Part shown: positions 1 through 9,739 of the stretch, one piece after another | Numbering within the stretch: the stretch's first letter is position 1 | How the letters are laid out: each line of letters begins with the position of its first letter | Source: Gemmatimonadota bacterium | Lineage (GTDB): Bacteria; Gemmatimonadota; Gemmatimonadetes; Longimicrobiales; Gaopeijiaceae | Assembly: GCA_039589315.1 (NCBI GenBank) | Contig: JBDHHQ010000006.1 | Coordinates: 73,010-137,009, forward strand | Reading direction: 5' to 3' | DNA: 64,000 nucleotides | The notes under the pieces: generated by a model | Databases searched by the model: none | What the model was told of the DNA's origin: nothing | Seen by the model: the letters and a program-made list of their open reading frames with translations, nothing else | Program-made: the position numbers and the translations under genes

Positions 1-748
1 TTGGATCCTGGACCCCGCCGACCCGAGCCGGCGCCACGGACAGCACGCACCCCGGCCCGAACGCACGCGCGCCGGCCCGGCCCAGCTTCACCACCACCCA
101 CGGTGGCCCCGCACCACGGATGGAGCCCACGGACGCGGCAAGGTCGTCCGCTCGACCCAGGGTCCGCGCTTCGGTCTCGTTCACGAACAGCAGCTGAGCT
201 CGGGCGATGAGTCCGCGCAGCTCTGCTGACCGCTCTTCGATCCAGTGGGCCATCGTGTCTACGGCGAGAAGCTCGGGATCCTCCAGCTGGGCCAGGACCC
301 TGGATTGGAGTCGAGGATCGGTGCTGCCCAGAAAGGCCACCGGCGCCCGTGCCCCGGTGGATGGAACGACCGGCTGAACGGTAGCGGCCACTCCACGGTC
401 AGTCGCCAGCGTCTGGCGGGTCCCGAAGTCGGGGGCGTAGCGGGCTCGCCAGCGCATGGTCGGGCCCCGCTCCCGCCGGATTCCGGTCACGTCGACGCCG
501 CGCTCGTCGAGCCAATCCAGGCAACTCGGCGGGAAGTCGTCACCGACGACGCCGACCAGCACGACCGGGGCCAGGAGGGATGCGCCGAGGGAGAAGTAGA
601 GAGCGGAGCCGCCCGGCAGGTCGCGACCGGAGCCCTCCGGGGTGTCGACCGAGTCCAGCGCCAGGGTTCCGAAGGCGAGGATTCGGCGGCGGCGTCCGGG
701 GGCCGGAGGCCGAGGACGGGCCTCCCCGGTGCGTCCACTGGCCGTCAT
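1..748 (-). CDS. PfkB-family carbohydrate/nucleoside kinase (3' end runs off window; absent from ORF track)
   Basis: Manual translation from ATG at 748 (ATGA overlap with the CNT stop): ILAFGTLALDSVDTP..PGGSALY..VGVVGDDF..VDTMAHWI..FVNETEA..VVKLGRAGA..VQDP, open to position 1, just before the expected DxTGAGD motif. Confidence 0.85.
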   Translation of the reverse strand, partial: MTASGRTGEARPRPPAPGRRRRILAFGTLALDSVDTPEGSGRDLPGGSALYFSLGASLLAPVVLVGVVGDDFPPSCLDWLDERGVDVTGIRRERGPTMRWRARYAPDFGTRQTLATDRGVAATVQPVVPSTGARAPVAFLGSTDPRLQSRVLAQLEDPELLAVDTMAHWIEERSAELRGLIARAQLLFVNETEARTLGRADDLAASVGSIRGAGPPWVVVKLGRAGARAFGPGCVLSVAPARVGGVQDP

Positions 749-2334
749 AGAAGGATCGCGGCCACGGCGGCGGTCATGAGGGCGGCCAGCGTACCACCGA
801 CCATGGCCCTGAGCCCGAGCTGGGCCAGGTCCGTCCGCCGTTCGGGGGCGATCTCGCCGATTCCGGCGATCTGCATGGCGATGGAGCCGAAGTTGGCAAA
901 GCCCGCCAGCGCGTACGAGGCGATGGTCACCGAGCGTGGGCTGAGCTCACCCCCTGACGCGGTCAGGTCGGCGAGCTGGAGGAAGGCCACGAACTCGTTC
1001 AGGACGGTCTTGACACCGATGAGCTGCCCGACGGTGGCGCTCTCCGACCACGGCACGCCCACCATCCACGCCACGGGCTGGAGGGTCCAGCCCAGCATGC
1101 CGGAGAGAGTCAAGCCGGCGAGGCCGACCAGACCTCCCACCAGTCCCACCAGGGCGTCCAGGAGGTGCAGCAACGCCAGAAAGGCCAGCAGCATGGCGGC
1201 CACGCTCATGGCCAGAAGCAGCCCTTGTGCCGCGCCTCGAGCGGCCGCGTCGATCACGTTGACGTCGGTCCGCTCCACGTTCATGGCCAGCGACCCTGAC
1301 GTAGCGGGCGCTCGCGTCTCGGGCAGCATGAGCTTGGCGACCACCAAGGCGGCCGGCGCAGACATCACCGACGCGGCGATGAGATGGCCGGCGATGCCCG
1401 GGAAGTAGGGGGAGAGCATGCCCACGTACGCTGCGAGTGTCCCTCCGCTGACGGTGGCGAATCCGCCGACCAGCAGCGCCATGAGCTCTGATCGGGTCAT
1501 GCCGGCGATGTATGGCCGCACGAAGAGGGGTGCCTCCATCAAGCCGACGAAGATGTTGCCCGCCGTCGCCAGCGTCTCGGCACCGGACGTGCCCATGGTG
1601 CGCTGCATGACCCAGGCGGCGCCGCGCACCAGGCGCTGCATGATCCCCAGGTGGTACAGCACCGCCATGAGGGACGACACGAAGATGATCGTGGAGAGCA
1701 CGTTGAACGCGAAGAACGCGCCCGTGCGCCCGACGGTGCCATCGGCGGCAACCGGATCGTTGGTGCCGGCCGTGCCCGCGCCTACCGGGACGTTGTTGTA
1801 GATGAGGTTACCGAAGATGAACCGCGCGCCCTCCTCGGAGAAGTCGAGGACTCCGTGGAGCACGTGGTCGACGCCCTGGAAGAACCCCTCACCTACCGGG
1901 GTGCGGAGGACGAAGAGGGCGAAGCCGAACTGGAGGGCGAGCCCCCAGAGCACGACCCGCCACGGCACAGGCCTGCGGCCACCGCCCAACGCCCACGCGA
2001 GGCCGGCGAGCAGACACAGCCCGAGAGCCGCCCGGACCCGGGGTCCCCATGGAGCCGGCCCGGACTGCGCTGCGGAGGAAGTGGCCGTGGTCGGGCCTCC
2101 GTCGGCCACCGGTTCACTCCGGGTGGCGGGCGGCCGGACGGCGGGCGAGGGGCCTGCTCGATTGGCGAGCCGCGCCCCGGACACCACCGAAGAGGGGGCC
2201 CACGCCTCCGCCCCCCGGCCATCCGGGCCCACCACGGCCGAGGCCGCCGCCAGTGTGGTGGCGCCCCAGGCCGCAGCGATGACGACTGCCGTCAGAAGGA
2301 TCCTCGCGCCGACCCGGCGCCGGGACGAATCCAC
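745..2334 (-). CDS. NupC/CNT-family concentrative nucleoside transporter
   Basis: Motifs FAFNVLSTIIFVSSLMAVLYHLG, GTSGAET, GFATVSG, HLIAASVMSAPA, KTVLNEFVAF, GFANFGS. Start uncertain (long Pro/Ala-rich N-terminus). Confidence 0.92.
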   Translation of the reverse strand: MDSSRRRVGARILLTAVVIAAAWGATTLAAASAVVGPDGRGAEAWAPSSVVSGARLANRAGPSPAVRPPATRSEPVADGGPTTATSSAAQSGPAPWGPRVRAALGLCLLAGLAWALGGGRRPVPWRVVLWGLALQFGFALFVLRTPVGEGFFQGVDHVLHGVLDFSEEGARFIFGNLIYNNVPVGAGTAGTNDPVAADGTVGRTGAFFAFNVLSTIIFVSSLMAVLYHLGIMQRLVRGAAWVMQRTMGTSGAETLATAGNIFVGLMEAPLFVRPYIAGMTRSELMALLVGGFATVSGGTLAAYVGMLSPYFPGIAGHLIAASVMSAPAALVVAKLMLPETRAPATSGSLAMNVERTDVNVIDAAARGAAQGLLLAMSVAAMLLAFLALLHLLDALVGLVGGLVGLAGLTLSGMLGWTLQPVAWMVGVPWSESATVGQLIGVKTVLNEFVAFLQLADLTASGGELSPRSVTIASYALAGFANFGSIAMQIAGIGEIAPERRTDLAQLGLRAMVGGTLAALMTAAVAAILL

Positions 2335-2514
2335 GGAGCGGCCTCCGGGTAGTAGCCAGGTGGAAGGGCGGAACGGATCGGAACAGTGGCGGTCCAGGTC
2401 ACGGTACCGGTCGCGGGGTCAGACAAATTGGGCTGAAGACCCGGAAGGCGCCACGGGTCCTTGTCTGGCTCCCGGTGCCACTGCCACGGAGGCGACAATG
2501 GAGAGAGTCCAGCA

Positions 2515-2673
2515 ATGAGTCAGAGGGGGCTGCTTGCCGAGCTCTGGGCGTTCATGCGGGTCCGGAAGAAGTGGTGGTTGGCTCCGGTCCTGATCGTCCT
2601 GGTTCTGGTCGGTGCCTTGCTGGTATTCGCTCAGACGTCGGCGCTGGCGCCGTTCATCTATACGATCTTCTAG
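2515..2673 (+). CDS. DUF5989-family small membrane protein
   Basis: MSQRGLLAELWAFMRVRKKWWLAP...SALAPFIYTIF matches the family pattern; GGAG upstream. Confidence 0.85.
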   Translation: MSQRGLLAELWAFMRVRKKWWLAPVLIVLVLVGALLVFAQTSALAPFIYTIF

Positions 2674-2760
2674 CGGCCACAGGCGGCCCGGACCATCTGC
2701 CCGTGGCCGACTCGCTCGCTGGTGCCAGAGCCCCCACGACCGGACTGCCGGCGGCCCGCC

Positions 2761-5199
2761 TCAGGTCACGGGGGTCGTCTTCTTCTTGAGGACGAAGAGA
2801 CCTTCCCGCATGCTGGTCACGACGATGACCCCGCTCTGGAAGTACGGGTAGTTGCTCCAGGATCCGGCGAAGCCGGGAGCGTCCTCACCAACCGACACCG
2901 TGTCGAAGTACCCCACCTCTTCGGGGTTCTCCGGGTCCGAGATATCCAGGATCCTCAGCCCGCTCGTGTAGTTGGACTGATACATGAGGTCGCCCTGGAC
3001 ATACAGGTTGTGGTCCGACGCGGAATTGCTGCCGAGATGCTCGTTCACCAGGATCGGATCGTCCAGATCGGCGATGTCCCAGACCAGGGTGCGGGTCCTC
3101 TCGACGGCGCCCGCCAACTCGTCGAGCTCGTCGTTCATGTAGAAGTAGCGGTGGTCGTCCGACACCCAGCCCTGGTGGAGGTAGGCGGAGTTCGGATACG
3201 CTGCCGAGGCCACGGCGATGGGGTTGGCCTTGTCGGACACGTCCGAGATGCTCAGAGCGTTCTCGTTGGCCCCGAAGCAGATCTCGCTGCCGGCGTAGTC
3301 CTCGTCGGGACCCTCGTACGCGATGCACTGGGCATCGTGGCTGTAGCCGGTGGAGGCAAGGCCCGTGTTGGAGTCGGAGAAGCACCCCGCGAACACCAAG
3401 CTCCCGGGCTCGCGGATGTCGATCATGTGAAGCCCTCCCCCGCACGTCTGTCCCCCGCCGCTGGCCCCCACCACGTAGGCGAACCCGGTGTCCTCGTTGA
3501 TCACGATGTTGTGCGCGCTGTAGATCCCGTCGTAGTGGGCGGTCTCCTCGAAGACAACAGGCTCCGCTCCCACGTCCCGCAGCTGGGTGAGGTCGAAGAC
3601 CTGCACACCGTGGGCGCCTGCGTTGTCGGCGACCACGAACGCGTGGTCTCGGTAGACCTTCACGTCGCGCCACATGTTGGCGATCGCGCCCTCGTGGAGG
3701 GGGAGCTCACCCAGATACACCGGGTTGGCGGCGTCGCTCACGTCGACGAACGCTGTGCCGTCGTTCCGGCCCACGATGGCGTACTCGCGACCCGTCTCGG
3801 GGTCGGTCCATCCCCAGATGTCGTTCACGATCACGCCCCGCTCGCCCCCCAGGCCCTGCACCGGGACGAAGGCCACGAGGTCCACCTCCTCGCACGTGAA
3901 CGACCGGGCCGTGCCTGACTGGCACTCGACGGGCCCACCCACGACGGCCTCCATCCCGCCGCTCTCGTCGAAGAGCTCCGCCCCGCTGGCCCACTCCCGC
4001 GTGGCGGGATCCAGGGCGTAGACATGCCCCGTGCCCTCAAAGAAGGCCTCTCCCGGGGCCCCGATGACCGCCACGTCACCTTCTGCGGCCAGGGCCTGTC
4101 CGAAGAATGCGAAGGGGGAGCCGAAGTCGATCTGTTGGACCTGCGTCCACGTTCCGGCGTCGGAGGGGCGGAACACGAAGGCGCCACCTGCTCCACCGCC
4201 GAGGAGGGGTGCGCCGAGGAACAGGTCGGTCTCGGAGAACGCCATCGAAAGCCCCGCCAGGGACTGGGGTGGGGCGTTCTCGGGCGCGATGATCTCCCGC
4301 TGACCCCACTGTCCCGTCGCGTCGTCCGCCGCGAACCGGAACGCGCCGCCCGCGAACTGGTTGGCCAATGGTGCGGTGGCGAAGACGTGACCGTCCCGAA
4401 CGGCAACGGCCCAGCCCAGAGCGCCAGGGCCGGGGTCGGCGGGCCGAAGGTCGGCCACCGGGTTCCAGCCGTCGTCGTCCCGCTGGAAGATGTGGACGGA
4501 TCCGGGCAGGATCGTAGGCGGATTGGGGTCGGGAATCAGACTGATCATGTCTCCGGGCGCACCGGCGGCCAGAAGGCCGTCGGCCACGGCCAGCGCACTG
4601 CCGAACCGCGCGCCATCGGCGGCTTCCGCCGGCGTGAGCTCGGCTCCCCGGCTCCAGGTCCCGTCCTGACCCAGCGCGTACGCGATGACGCGGCCGGCGG
4701 GAGCCCGGTCGGGAGACGAGATCAGGGCCACGCCGTCCTCGAGGGCCACCGCCGAGCCGAATCCCTCCCCTTCCTCTCCGTCCTCGGGTGCGAGGCGCGT
4801 CACCTCGCGCCAACTCCCGTCCGGGGTACGCTGAAAGACCCAGGCCGCCCCAGCGCGGCCGGCCCGGGGCGCACCGACGAGCAGCAGGCCGCCGTCGACG
4901 GCCAGGGCGTCGCCGAACCCGATGCCGAGCTCCGCCCCGGTCGGTGACACCGTCGCGGACTCCACCCACTCACCGCCTCGGGGCACGAAGACGTGCACCG
5001 CACCGGGCCGGTTGGCCGGCAGCGGGAACGCCCCCACTTCACCCGGTTGGCCGACGAAGAGCTCCCCGTCGTGGAACACGACGGTAGCGGCAAACGCGCC
5101 GGCCGAGACAGACGGGATACGCGACGATATGGACTGGGCGGCGGCCGGGGCGGCCAGCCCCAGCGCCAGCATGACTGCGACAGTCACGGACCCCTGCAT
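2761..5199 (-). CDS. Secreted FG-GAP repeat + choice-of-anchor B family protein (paralog 1)
   Basis: Signal peptide; FGxALA/GAP repeats; C-terminal NDIWGWTDP..REYA, WRDVKVY, SAHNIVIN, YSHDAQC, HQGW, DHNLYV, GSWSNYPYF. Confidence 0.88.
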   Translation of the reverse strand: MQGSVTVAVMLALGLAAPAAAQSISSRIPSVSAGAFAATVVFHDGELFVGQPGEVGAFPLPANRPGAVHVFVPRGGEWVESATVSPTGAELGIGFGDALAVDGGLLLVGAPRAGRAGAAWVFQRTPDGSWREVTRLAPEDGEEGEGFGSAVALEDGVALISSPDRAPAGRVIAYALGQDGTWSRGAELTPAEAADGARFGSALAVADGLLAAGAPGDMISLIPDPNPPTILPGSVHIFQRDDDGWNPVADLRPADPGPGALGWAVAVRDGHVFATAPLANQFAGGAFRFAADDATGQWGQREIIAPENAPPQSLAGLSMAFSETDLFLGAPLLGGGAGGAFVFRPSDAGTWTQVQQIDFGSPFAFFGQALAAEGDVAVIGAPGEAFFEGTGHVYALDPATREWASGAELFDESGGMEAVVGGPVECQSGTARSFTCEEVDLVAFVPVQGLGGERGVIVNDIWGWTDPETGREYAIVGRNDGTAFVDVSDAANPVYLGELPLHEGAIANMWRDVKVYRDHAFVVADNAGAHGVQVFDLTQLRDVGAEPVVFEETAHYDGIYSAHNIVINEDTGFAYVVGASGGGQTCGGGLHMIDIREPGSLVFAGCFSDSNTGLASTGYSHDAQCIAYEGPDEDYAGSEICFGANENALSISDVSDKANPIAVASAAYPNSAYLHQGWVSDDHRYFYMNDELDELAGAVERTRTLVWDIADLDDPILVNEHLGSNSASDHNLYVQGDLMYQSNYTSGLRILDISDPENPEEVGYFDTVSVGEDAPGFAGSWSNYPYFQSGVIVVTSMREGLFVLKKKTTPVT

Positions 5200-5307
5200 T
5201 CGTTCCTCCGACGATTCCGGGTCTGTAGCGTGGCGCCCGGGGGCCCCACGATGGACGGGAAGCGCTGAATCTCATCGGGGAGACCGGTCACGTAAAGGCC
5301 ACGGCGC

Positions 5308-7434
5308 CTAGCCCTCGCCCTCCCGGCGGACCCGGGCTTGCACGATGATCTCCCCTTCGAGGACGCGGTCCACCACGTCCATGCCGCGGATGACCTCGCC
5401 GAAGACCGTGTACTGGTGGTCGAGGCGCAAGTTGTCCACCAGGTTCACGTAGATCTGGGCATCGCCGGTGTCCCGGCCCCTGGTGGAGAGCCCGACGGCG
5501 GCCCGCCAATTGCCCGCGAGGCCCACCTCGTCCCGGGTGTACGGCCCGTCGCCCCAGTACTCGTTCGCCCCGGGACTCCCGCCCTGGATCACGAAGTTGG
5601 GCGCCACCCGGTGGAAGGTCAGGCCGTCGAAGTACCCCTCTCTCGTCAGGCGGGCGAAACGCGCGGCGTTGGTGGGGGCCAGATATGGAAAGAGCCGGAT
5701 CTCGATCTGTCCGCCGCTGTCCATGTCCAGAACCACGGTCGAGCGGGCCAGCTCGGCGAGCTCGGCCGGGCCGGGAACCGCCGACAGGGGCAACGGAACG
5801 GGCTCCGGCGTGTGAGGCTCGCCGGTCCAGTCGGTCAGCAGCTCGGCGGCCCGGCCGGCGATCACGGGATCGAAATCGACGAGGTAGGGAACGACGTCGG
5901 CGGTGCGGGTCGGGTCGCCCAGCTCGCCCAGCCGCTCCAGGAGGGCTGCGCGGACGTCCCGGGAGGTGTCCCGACGTTGCTCCGTGAACCGGGACAGCGC
6001 TTCCAGGAGGGCCGGTACCGCGGCCGCTCGCTGCGGGCTGCCGGCCAACAGGCCCGCCGCGGTCATGACCAGCTGAGGGTCGTCGGCGGACAGCTGTCCG
6101 ACCAGAACCGGATCGGCACCGTGGCCCAGGGCGGCCACGAGCTCGCGGATCGCCGCCAGCCGAACGTTGGGGTGGGGGTCCCGGGCCAACTCCCTAAGGA
6201 GCGCTTCGTCGCTTCGAGCGGCTGCGGCTGGGGCGGCGTAGGCCCGGGCGAACGGGCTCCGGTGCCGGGAGAGCACGACTACGGCGCTACCGGCCTCGTG
6301 GGGCGCCACGGTGGCCAACGCCGCGACGGCGTGAGCCCAGCGGTGCCATGACCTGCCGGGGTCGGGGACGTCCGCGGCCCCACGTGCCAGGACGTCGAGT
6401 TGCCCTGCGGCCTCCGGGCACGGCTCGGCCAGCTCGTCCAGCGCCAGCAGCGCCACGTGGTCGTCGGTGTCGGAGGCTGCCCTGAAGAGCGGCTCGCAGC
6501 CCATTGAAGCGCGCAGTGCGGCCGCGGTGCGGAGCGCTTCCCAACGCACCCTGGGTGCCGAGTCGATGAGGGCCCGACCGAGGAGCTCGACCGGATCGGC
6601 CAGGGCGGCGAGACCACGGGCCGCAACGCGCCGCACCTCGTGGTCCGGGTCCGAGAGCCCGGTCGCCAGCACCGATCGCTCCGGCGTCGTGCTGCCGGCC
6701 GTGTACGCCAGGAGCGCCGCACGGCGGACCCGCGCGGCGGCGAGCCCTGCGGCGGTTGTGGGTCCGGACTGCCGTGCGTCCGACCCTCCGGAGGTCCGTC
6801 CCCACTGAGCCAACTCCGCCAGTGCGGCTCGCGTGTCGGCGTCGAACGCACGAAGCGTGCTCCCCCTTCGGGCCAACGATTCGAGGCCTCGGGCCAATGC
6901 CAGGCCTCGCGCGTCCGCGGCCGTCGTCCCCGCCTCACCGGCTGGTTGGGCCAGGAGGTCTACGAGCACGCGCTCCGCCTGGGCGTGGGCTTCGGCCCCG
7001 TCGTACGCCAGCCTGCCCAGCGTCTGGCCGTAGACCGCCTGGACGACTGGATCCCGCTCACCGGCGAGGCCCTGGATCAGGGCCGTCCACGCTGCCGGCC
7101 ATCCCTCGTTCCAGGACGCCTGTCCGATGGCGTTGACCGCCTCGGCCCGGACGCCGGCGTCCGGGTCGTCGAGCGCCCCGGATAGCGTCCCGATCCAATC
7201 ACTGCGCTCGTACCGCCCCAGGGTCCGGACCGCGACACGTCGGACCGCGGCGCTGTCATGGGCCAGGGCCTCCCGCATGACCGCCATAGCTTCAGGGGAG
7301 TCGTCCCGGGCGTCCTCGAGGGACCGGAGGGCGCGGAGGATCTCGGCACCGGCGTCCTCGTCCGAGCCCGACTCGGGCGGCGAGCAGGCCGCGAAGATCA
7401 GTGGCAAGACGAGAATCCAGGGGCGCTTCGGCAT
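5308..7434 (-). CDS. HEAT-repeat lipoprotein fused to a C-terminal cyclophilin-type peptidyl-prolyl isomerase
   Basis: Lipobox IFAAC; HEAT-like VRxxAxxALG repeats; GYFDGLTFHRVAPNFVIQGG, GRDTGDAQ, YTVFGEV. Confidence 0.88.
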   Translation of the reverse strand: MPKRPWILVLPLIFAACSPPESGSDEDAGAEILRALRSLEDARDDSPEAMAVMREALAHDSAAVRRVAVRTLGRYERSDWIGTLSGALDDPDAGVRAEAVNAIGQASWNEGWPAAWTALIQGLAGERDPVVQAVYGQTLGRLAYDGAEAHAQAERVLVDLLAQPAGEAGTTAADARGLALARGLESLARRGSTLRAFDADTRAALAELAQWGRTSGGSDARQSGPTTAAGLAAARVRRAALLAYTAGSTTPERSVLATGLSDPDHEVRRVAARGLAALADPVELLGRALIDSAPRVRWEALRTAAALRASMGCEPLFRAASDTDDHVALLALDELAEPCPEAAGQLDVLARGAADVPDPGRSWHRWAHAVAALATVAPHEAGSAVVVLSRHRSPFARAYAAPAAAARSDEALLRELARDPHPNVRLAAIRELVAALGHGADPVLVGQLSADDPQLVMTAAGLLAGSPQRAAAVPALLEALSRFTEQRRDTSRDVRAALLERLGELGDPTRTADVVPYLVDFDPVIAGRAAELLTDWTGEPHTPEPVPLPLSAVPGPAELAELARSTVVLDMDSGGQIEIRLFPYLAPTNAARFARLTREGYFDGLTFHRVAPNFVIQGGSPGANEYWGDGPYTRDEVGLAGNWRAAVGLSTRGRDTGDAQIYVNLVDNLRLDHQYTVFGEVIRGMDVVDRVLEGEIIVQARVRREGEG

Positions 7435-7740
7435 ACGGGCGGTCCTGGCTGCGGGGATCGGATGATGCTCCTTGATAGGGGAAGTAGGCGGTGGGGGCAA
7501 ACGGCTCCGCGCTCATGGGGATCCCCTCCAGGCGGCCCCGGCACGGAAGGCGTCCGGTGCGGAGCCATTTCGTCGCATTTCATGAATGAGCGGGTGCTCG
7601 CCAGCACGGGTCTGTCCCGGACACTGGGCCCGTGTTAGGCTATGTGCTGAACACGCCGCGGTGCTCGAGGTAGGTGACGGCAGACGCGCGAACGAGGCGC
7701 CCTGGAAGGCCAGGTGGACCATCCAGCGGGGGAGAGCACA

Positions 7741-8259
7741 ATGGAGTTGGCCAGGCACGCCATCGGAGAGGGTCGGTCACGCATAGGTCCGGGCGCGGCT
7801 GCCCGGGGTGCAGCCGTCCCGGCGGACGCCCGGAGCGCACGGCCCGGCCGCGCCGAAGCCGTCGAGCCGGTGCGCGGGGTGCGTCGGATCGTGACGCTCA
7901 GCGCCGGATGGATCAGCTTGGCACTCGGCTTCCTCGGCGTCTTCCTGCCGTTGCTGCCGACGACGTGTTTCGTTCTCCTGGCTGGAGTCTGCTTCGCGCG
8001 AACCTCGCCCAGAGCGCATCGTTGGCTCTACCACAACCGGCTCTTCGGCCGGCACCTCACGTCCTACCGGGACGATCGTTCCGTGCCCATGGGGTTGAAG
8101 GTCGGATCGCTGACGCTCCTGTGGCTCACGGTGGGAGGCAGCGCCCTGGCCATCGACGGTCCCGGCTGGGTTCGGTTGACGCTGGTCGCCATCGCGGTGG
8201 CCGTGACCGTGCATGTCGTGAGTCTGCAGACGCGGAAGGCCGCTCGCTCCAGGCCGTAG
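7741..8259 (+). CDS. YbaN/DUF454 family membrane protein
   Basis: LGFLGVFLPLLPTTCFVLLAGVCFARTSPR..WL..RLFG signature; start uncertain. Confidence 0.85.
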   Translation: MELARHAIGEGRSRIGPGAAARGAAVPADARSARPGRAEAVEPVRGVRRIVTLSAGWISLALGFLGVFLPLLPTTCFVLLAGVCFARTSPRAHRWLYHNRLFGRHLTSYRDDRSVPMGLKVGSLTLLWLTVGGSALAIDGPGWVRLTLVAIAVAVTVHVVSLQTRKAARSRP

Positions 8260-8318
8260 GCCCACCGGGTGGACCCCATTCCTGATCCTTCGCCCCCAGG
8301 CAGCCGCCGAGTCATCGC

Positions 8319-9041
8319 GTGACCGTCTTGGATCTCGCCCAATCGGGCGGACTTTCGGACACCCTTGCCAACAGTCCTGTCCTGGCTTCTGTGACGCTGT
8401 TCGGGGCCGGTGTGCTGACGAGCCTCACGCCGTGCATCTACCCCATGATCCCCATCACCGCTTCGGTGCTGGCGGGCACGGCGGGAGACGAGCCCTCGCG
8501 CAGGCGGACGGTGGGCCTGACCCTGACATACGTGACGGGCTTGGCCCTCTTCTACGCCGTCCTGGGTCTCATGGCAGGGCTCACCGGGAGCCTGTTCGGC
8601 ACGGTGAGCGCGAATCCGTGGGTGCGTTTCGCCACCGGCAACGTGCTTCTGCTCTTCGCCTTGGCCATGCTGGACGTGATCCCCCTCTCCGCTCCACAAC
8701 GGCTCCTCAATTGGGCGGGAAACCTCGGGGGTGGATCGTACCCCGCGGTCTTCTTGCTGGGCGCCACGTCCGGCATCGTGGCCGCTCCGTGCGGCGCGCC
8801 CGCGTTTGCCGTGGTGCTCACGTGGGTGGCGGCGACCGGCGCCGGGGTCATGGGTTTCTTGTATCTGTTCGTCTTCTCCCTGGGGATGACGGCCCTACTG
8901 GTGGTGGTGGGCCTGTTCTCCGGCACGCTGGCTCGCTTGCCTCAGGCCGGTCGCTGGACCGGATGGATCAAGAAGAGCGCAGGAGTGATAATGCTTGGCG
9001 TGGCCCAGTACTACTTCGTGCTGACGGGAATGGGACTGTGA
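8319..9041 (+). CDS. ccdA: CcdA/DsbD-beta thiol-disulfide membrane electron transporter
   Basis: SLTPCIYPMIP and AAPCGAP catalytic Cys motifs; multiple TM helices. Confidence 0.9.
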   Translation: MTVLDLAQSGGLSDTLANSPVLASVTLFGAGVLTSLTPCIYPMIPITASVLAGTAGDEPSRRRTVGLTLTYVTGLALFYAVLGLMAGLTGSLFGTVSANPWVRFATGNVLLLFALAMLDVIPLSAPQRLLNWAGNLGGGSYPAVFLLGATSGIVAAPCGAPAFAVVLTWVAATGAGVMGFLYLFVFSLGMTALLVVVGLFSGTLARLPQAGRWTGWIKKSAGVIMLGVAQYYFVLTGMGL

Positions 9042-9655
9042 AAGACGAACACGCTGCGATGGAGCTGGAGCGAGTGTGCTCGTCGGGCGCCACGGGCCAT
9101 CGGACCCTTCAGGCCTCTCCGTGGTCGTGGCTCCGGTGGCCGGTGCGGGTGACCCTGCTCCATCTGGCTCTGGTCCTTCCCGCGGCGATCGTCCCCGCGA
9201 GTCCCCTGGCCGCCCAGGAGCGGGGCGAGCTGGGGATCGCCGTGGGCTCCACCGTGGCGCCCGTGGTCGTCGAGGATCTGGACGGCAATCCGGCCGATCT
9301 GGGCGAGTACCTGGGGCAGGGCCCCATGCTCCTGGAGTTCTGGGCCAGCTGGTGCGAGAACTGCAGGGCGCTCCAACCCCGCATGGATGCTGCCCACGCA
9401 GCCTGGGGAGATCAGGTGGCCTTCGTGGCCATCGCGGTAGCCGTGAACCAGACACCGCGGCGGGTGCGGCGGCACATCGACAAGGAGCCGATCCCGTATG
9501 CCGTGCTCTGGGACGACGGCGGTGGGGCGGTCCGTGCCTTCTTTGCGCCTGCGACCTCCTACGTGGTGGTCCTGGACTCGGCGGGCACCGTGACGTACAC
9601 GGGTATCGGCCCCGACCAGGACATCGACGCCGCGGTTCGGACCGCTCTGGACTGA
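9038..9655 (+). CDS. TlpA-family exported thiol-disulfide reductase
   Basis: LLEFWASWCENC, hydrophobic leader ending LAAQ; GTGA overlap with ccdA stop; true start may be further downstream. Confidence 0.85.
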   Translation: MKDEHAAMELERVCSSGATGHRTLQASPWSWLRWPVRVTLLHLALVLPAAIVPASPLAAQERGELGIAVGSTVAPVVVEDLDGNPADLGEYLGQGPMLLEFWASWCENCRALQPRMDAAHAAWGDQVAFVAIAVAVNQTPRRVRRHIDKEPIPYAVLWDDGGGAVRAFFAPATSYVVVLDSAGTVTYTGIGPDQDIDAAVRTALD

Positions 9656-9739
9656 GCCTACTGCCTGTCCGGGGGTCCTGGCCGGCGACGCCACGGCGGC
9701 TGCCGACGTCCGCTTCTACCCGGCTGCCGAATGGCGCTT

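Noticed and set aside
245..1408. 387-aa + strand ORF and similar long antisense ORFs (e.g. 2722-3918, 12217-13329, 41513-43642, 55239-57149)
   Set aside because: Shadows of recognisable genes on the opposite strand, as expected at high GC.
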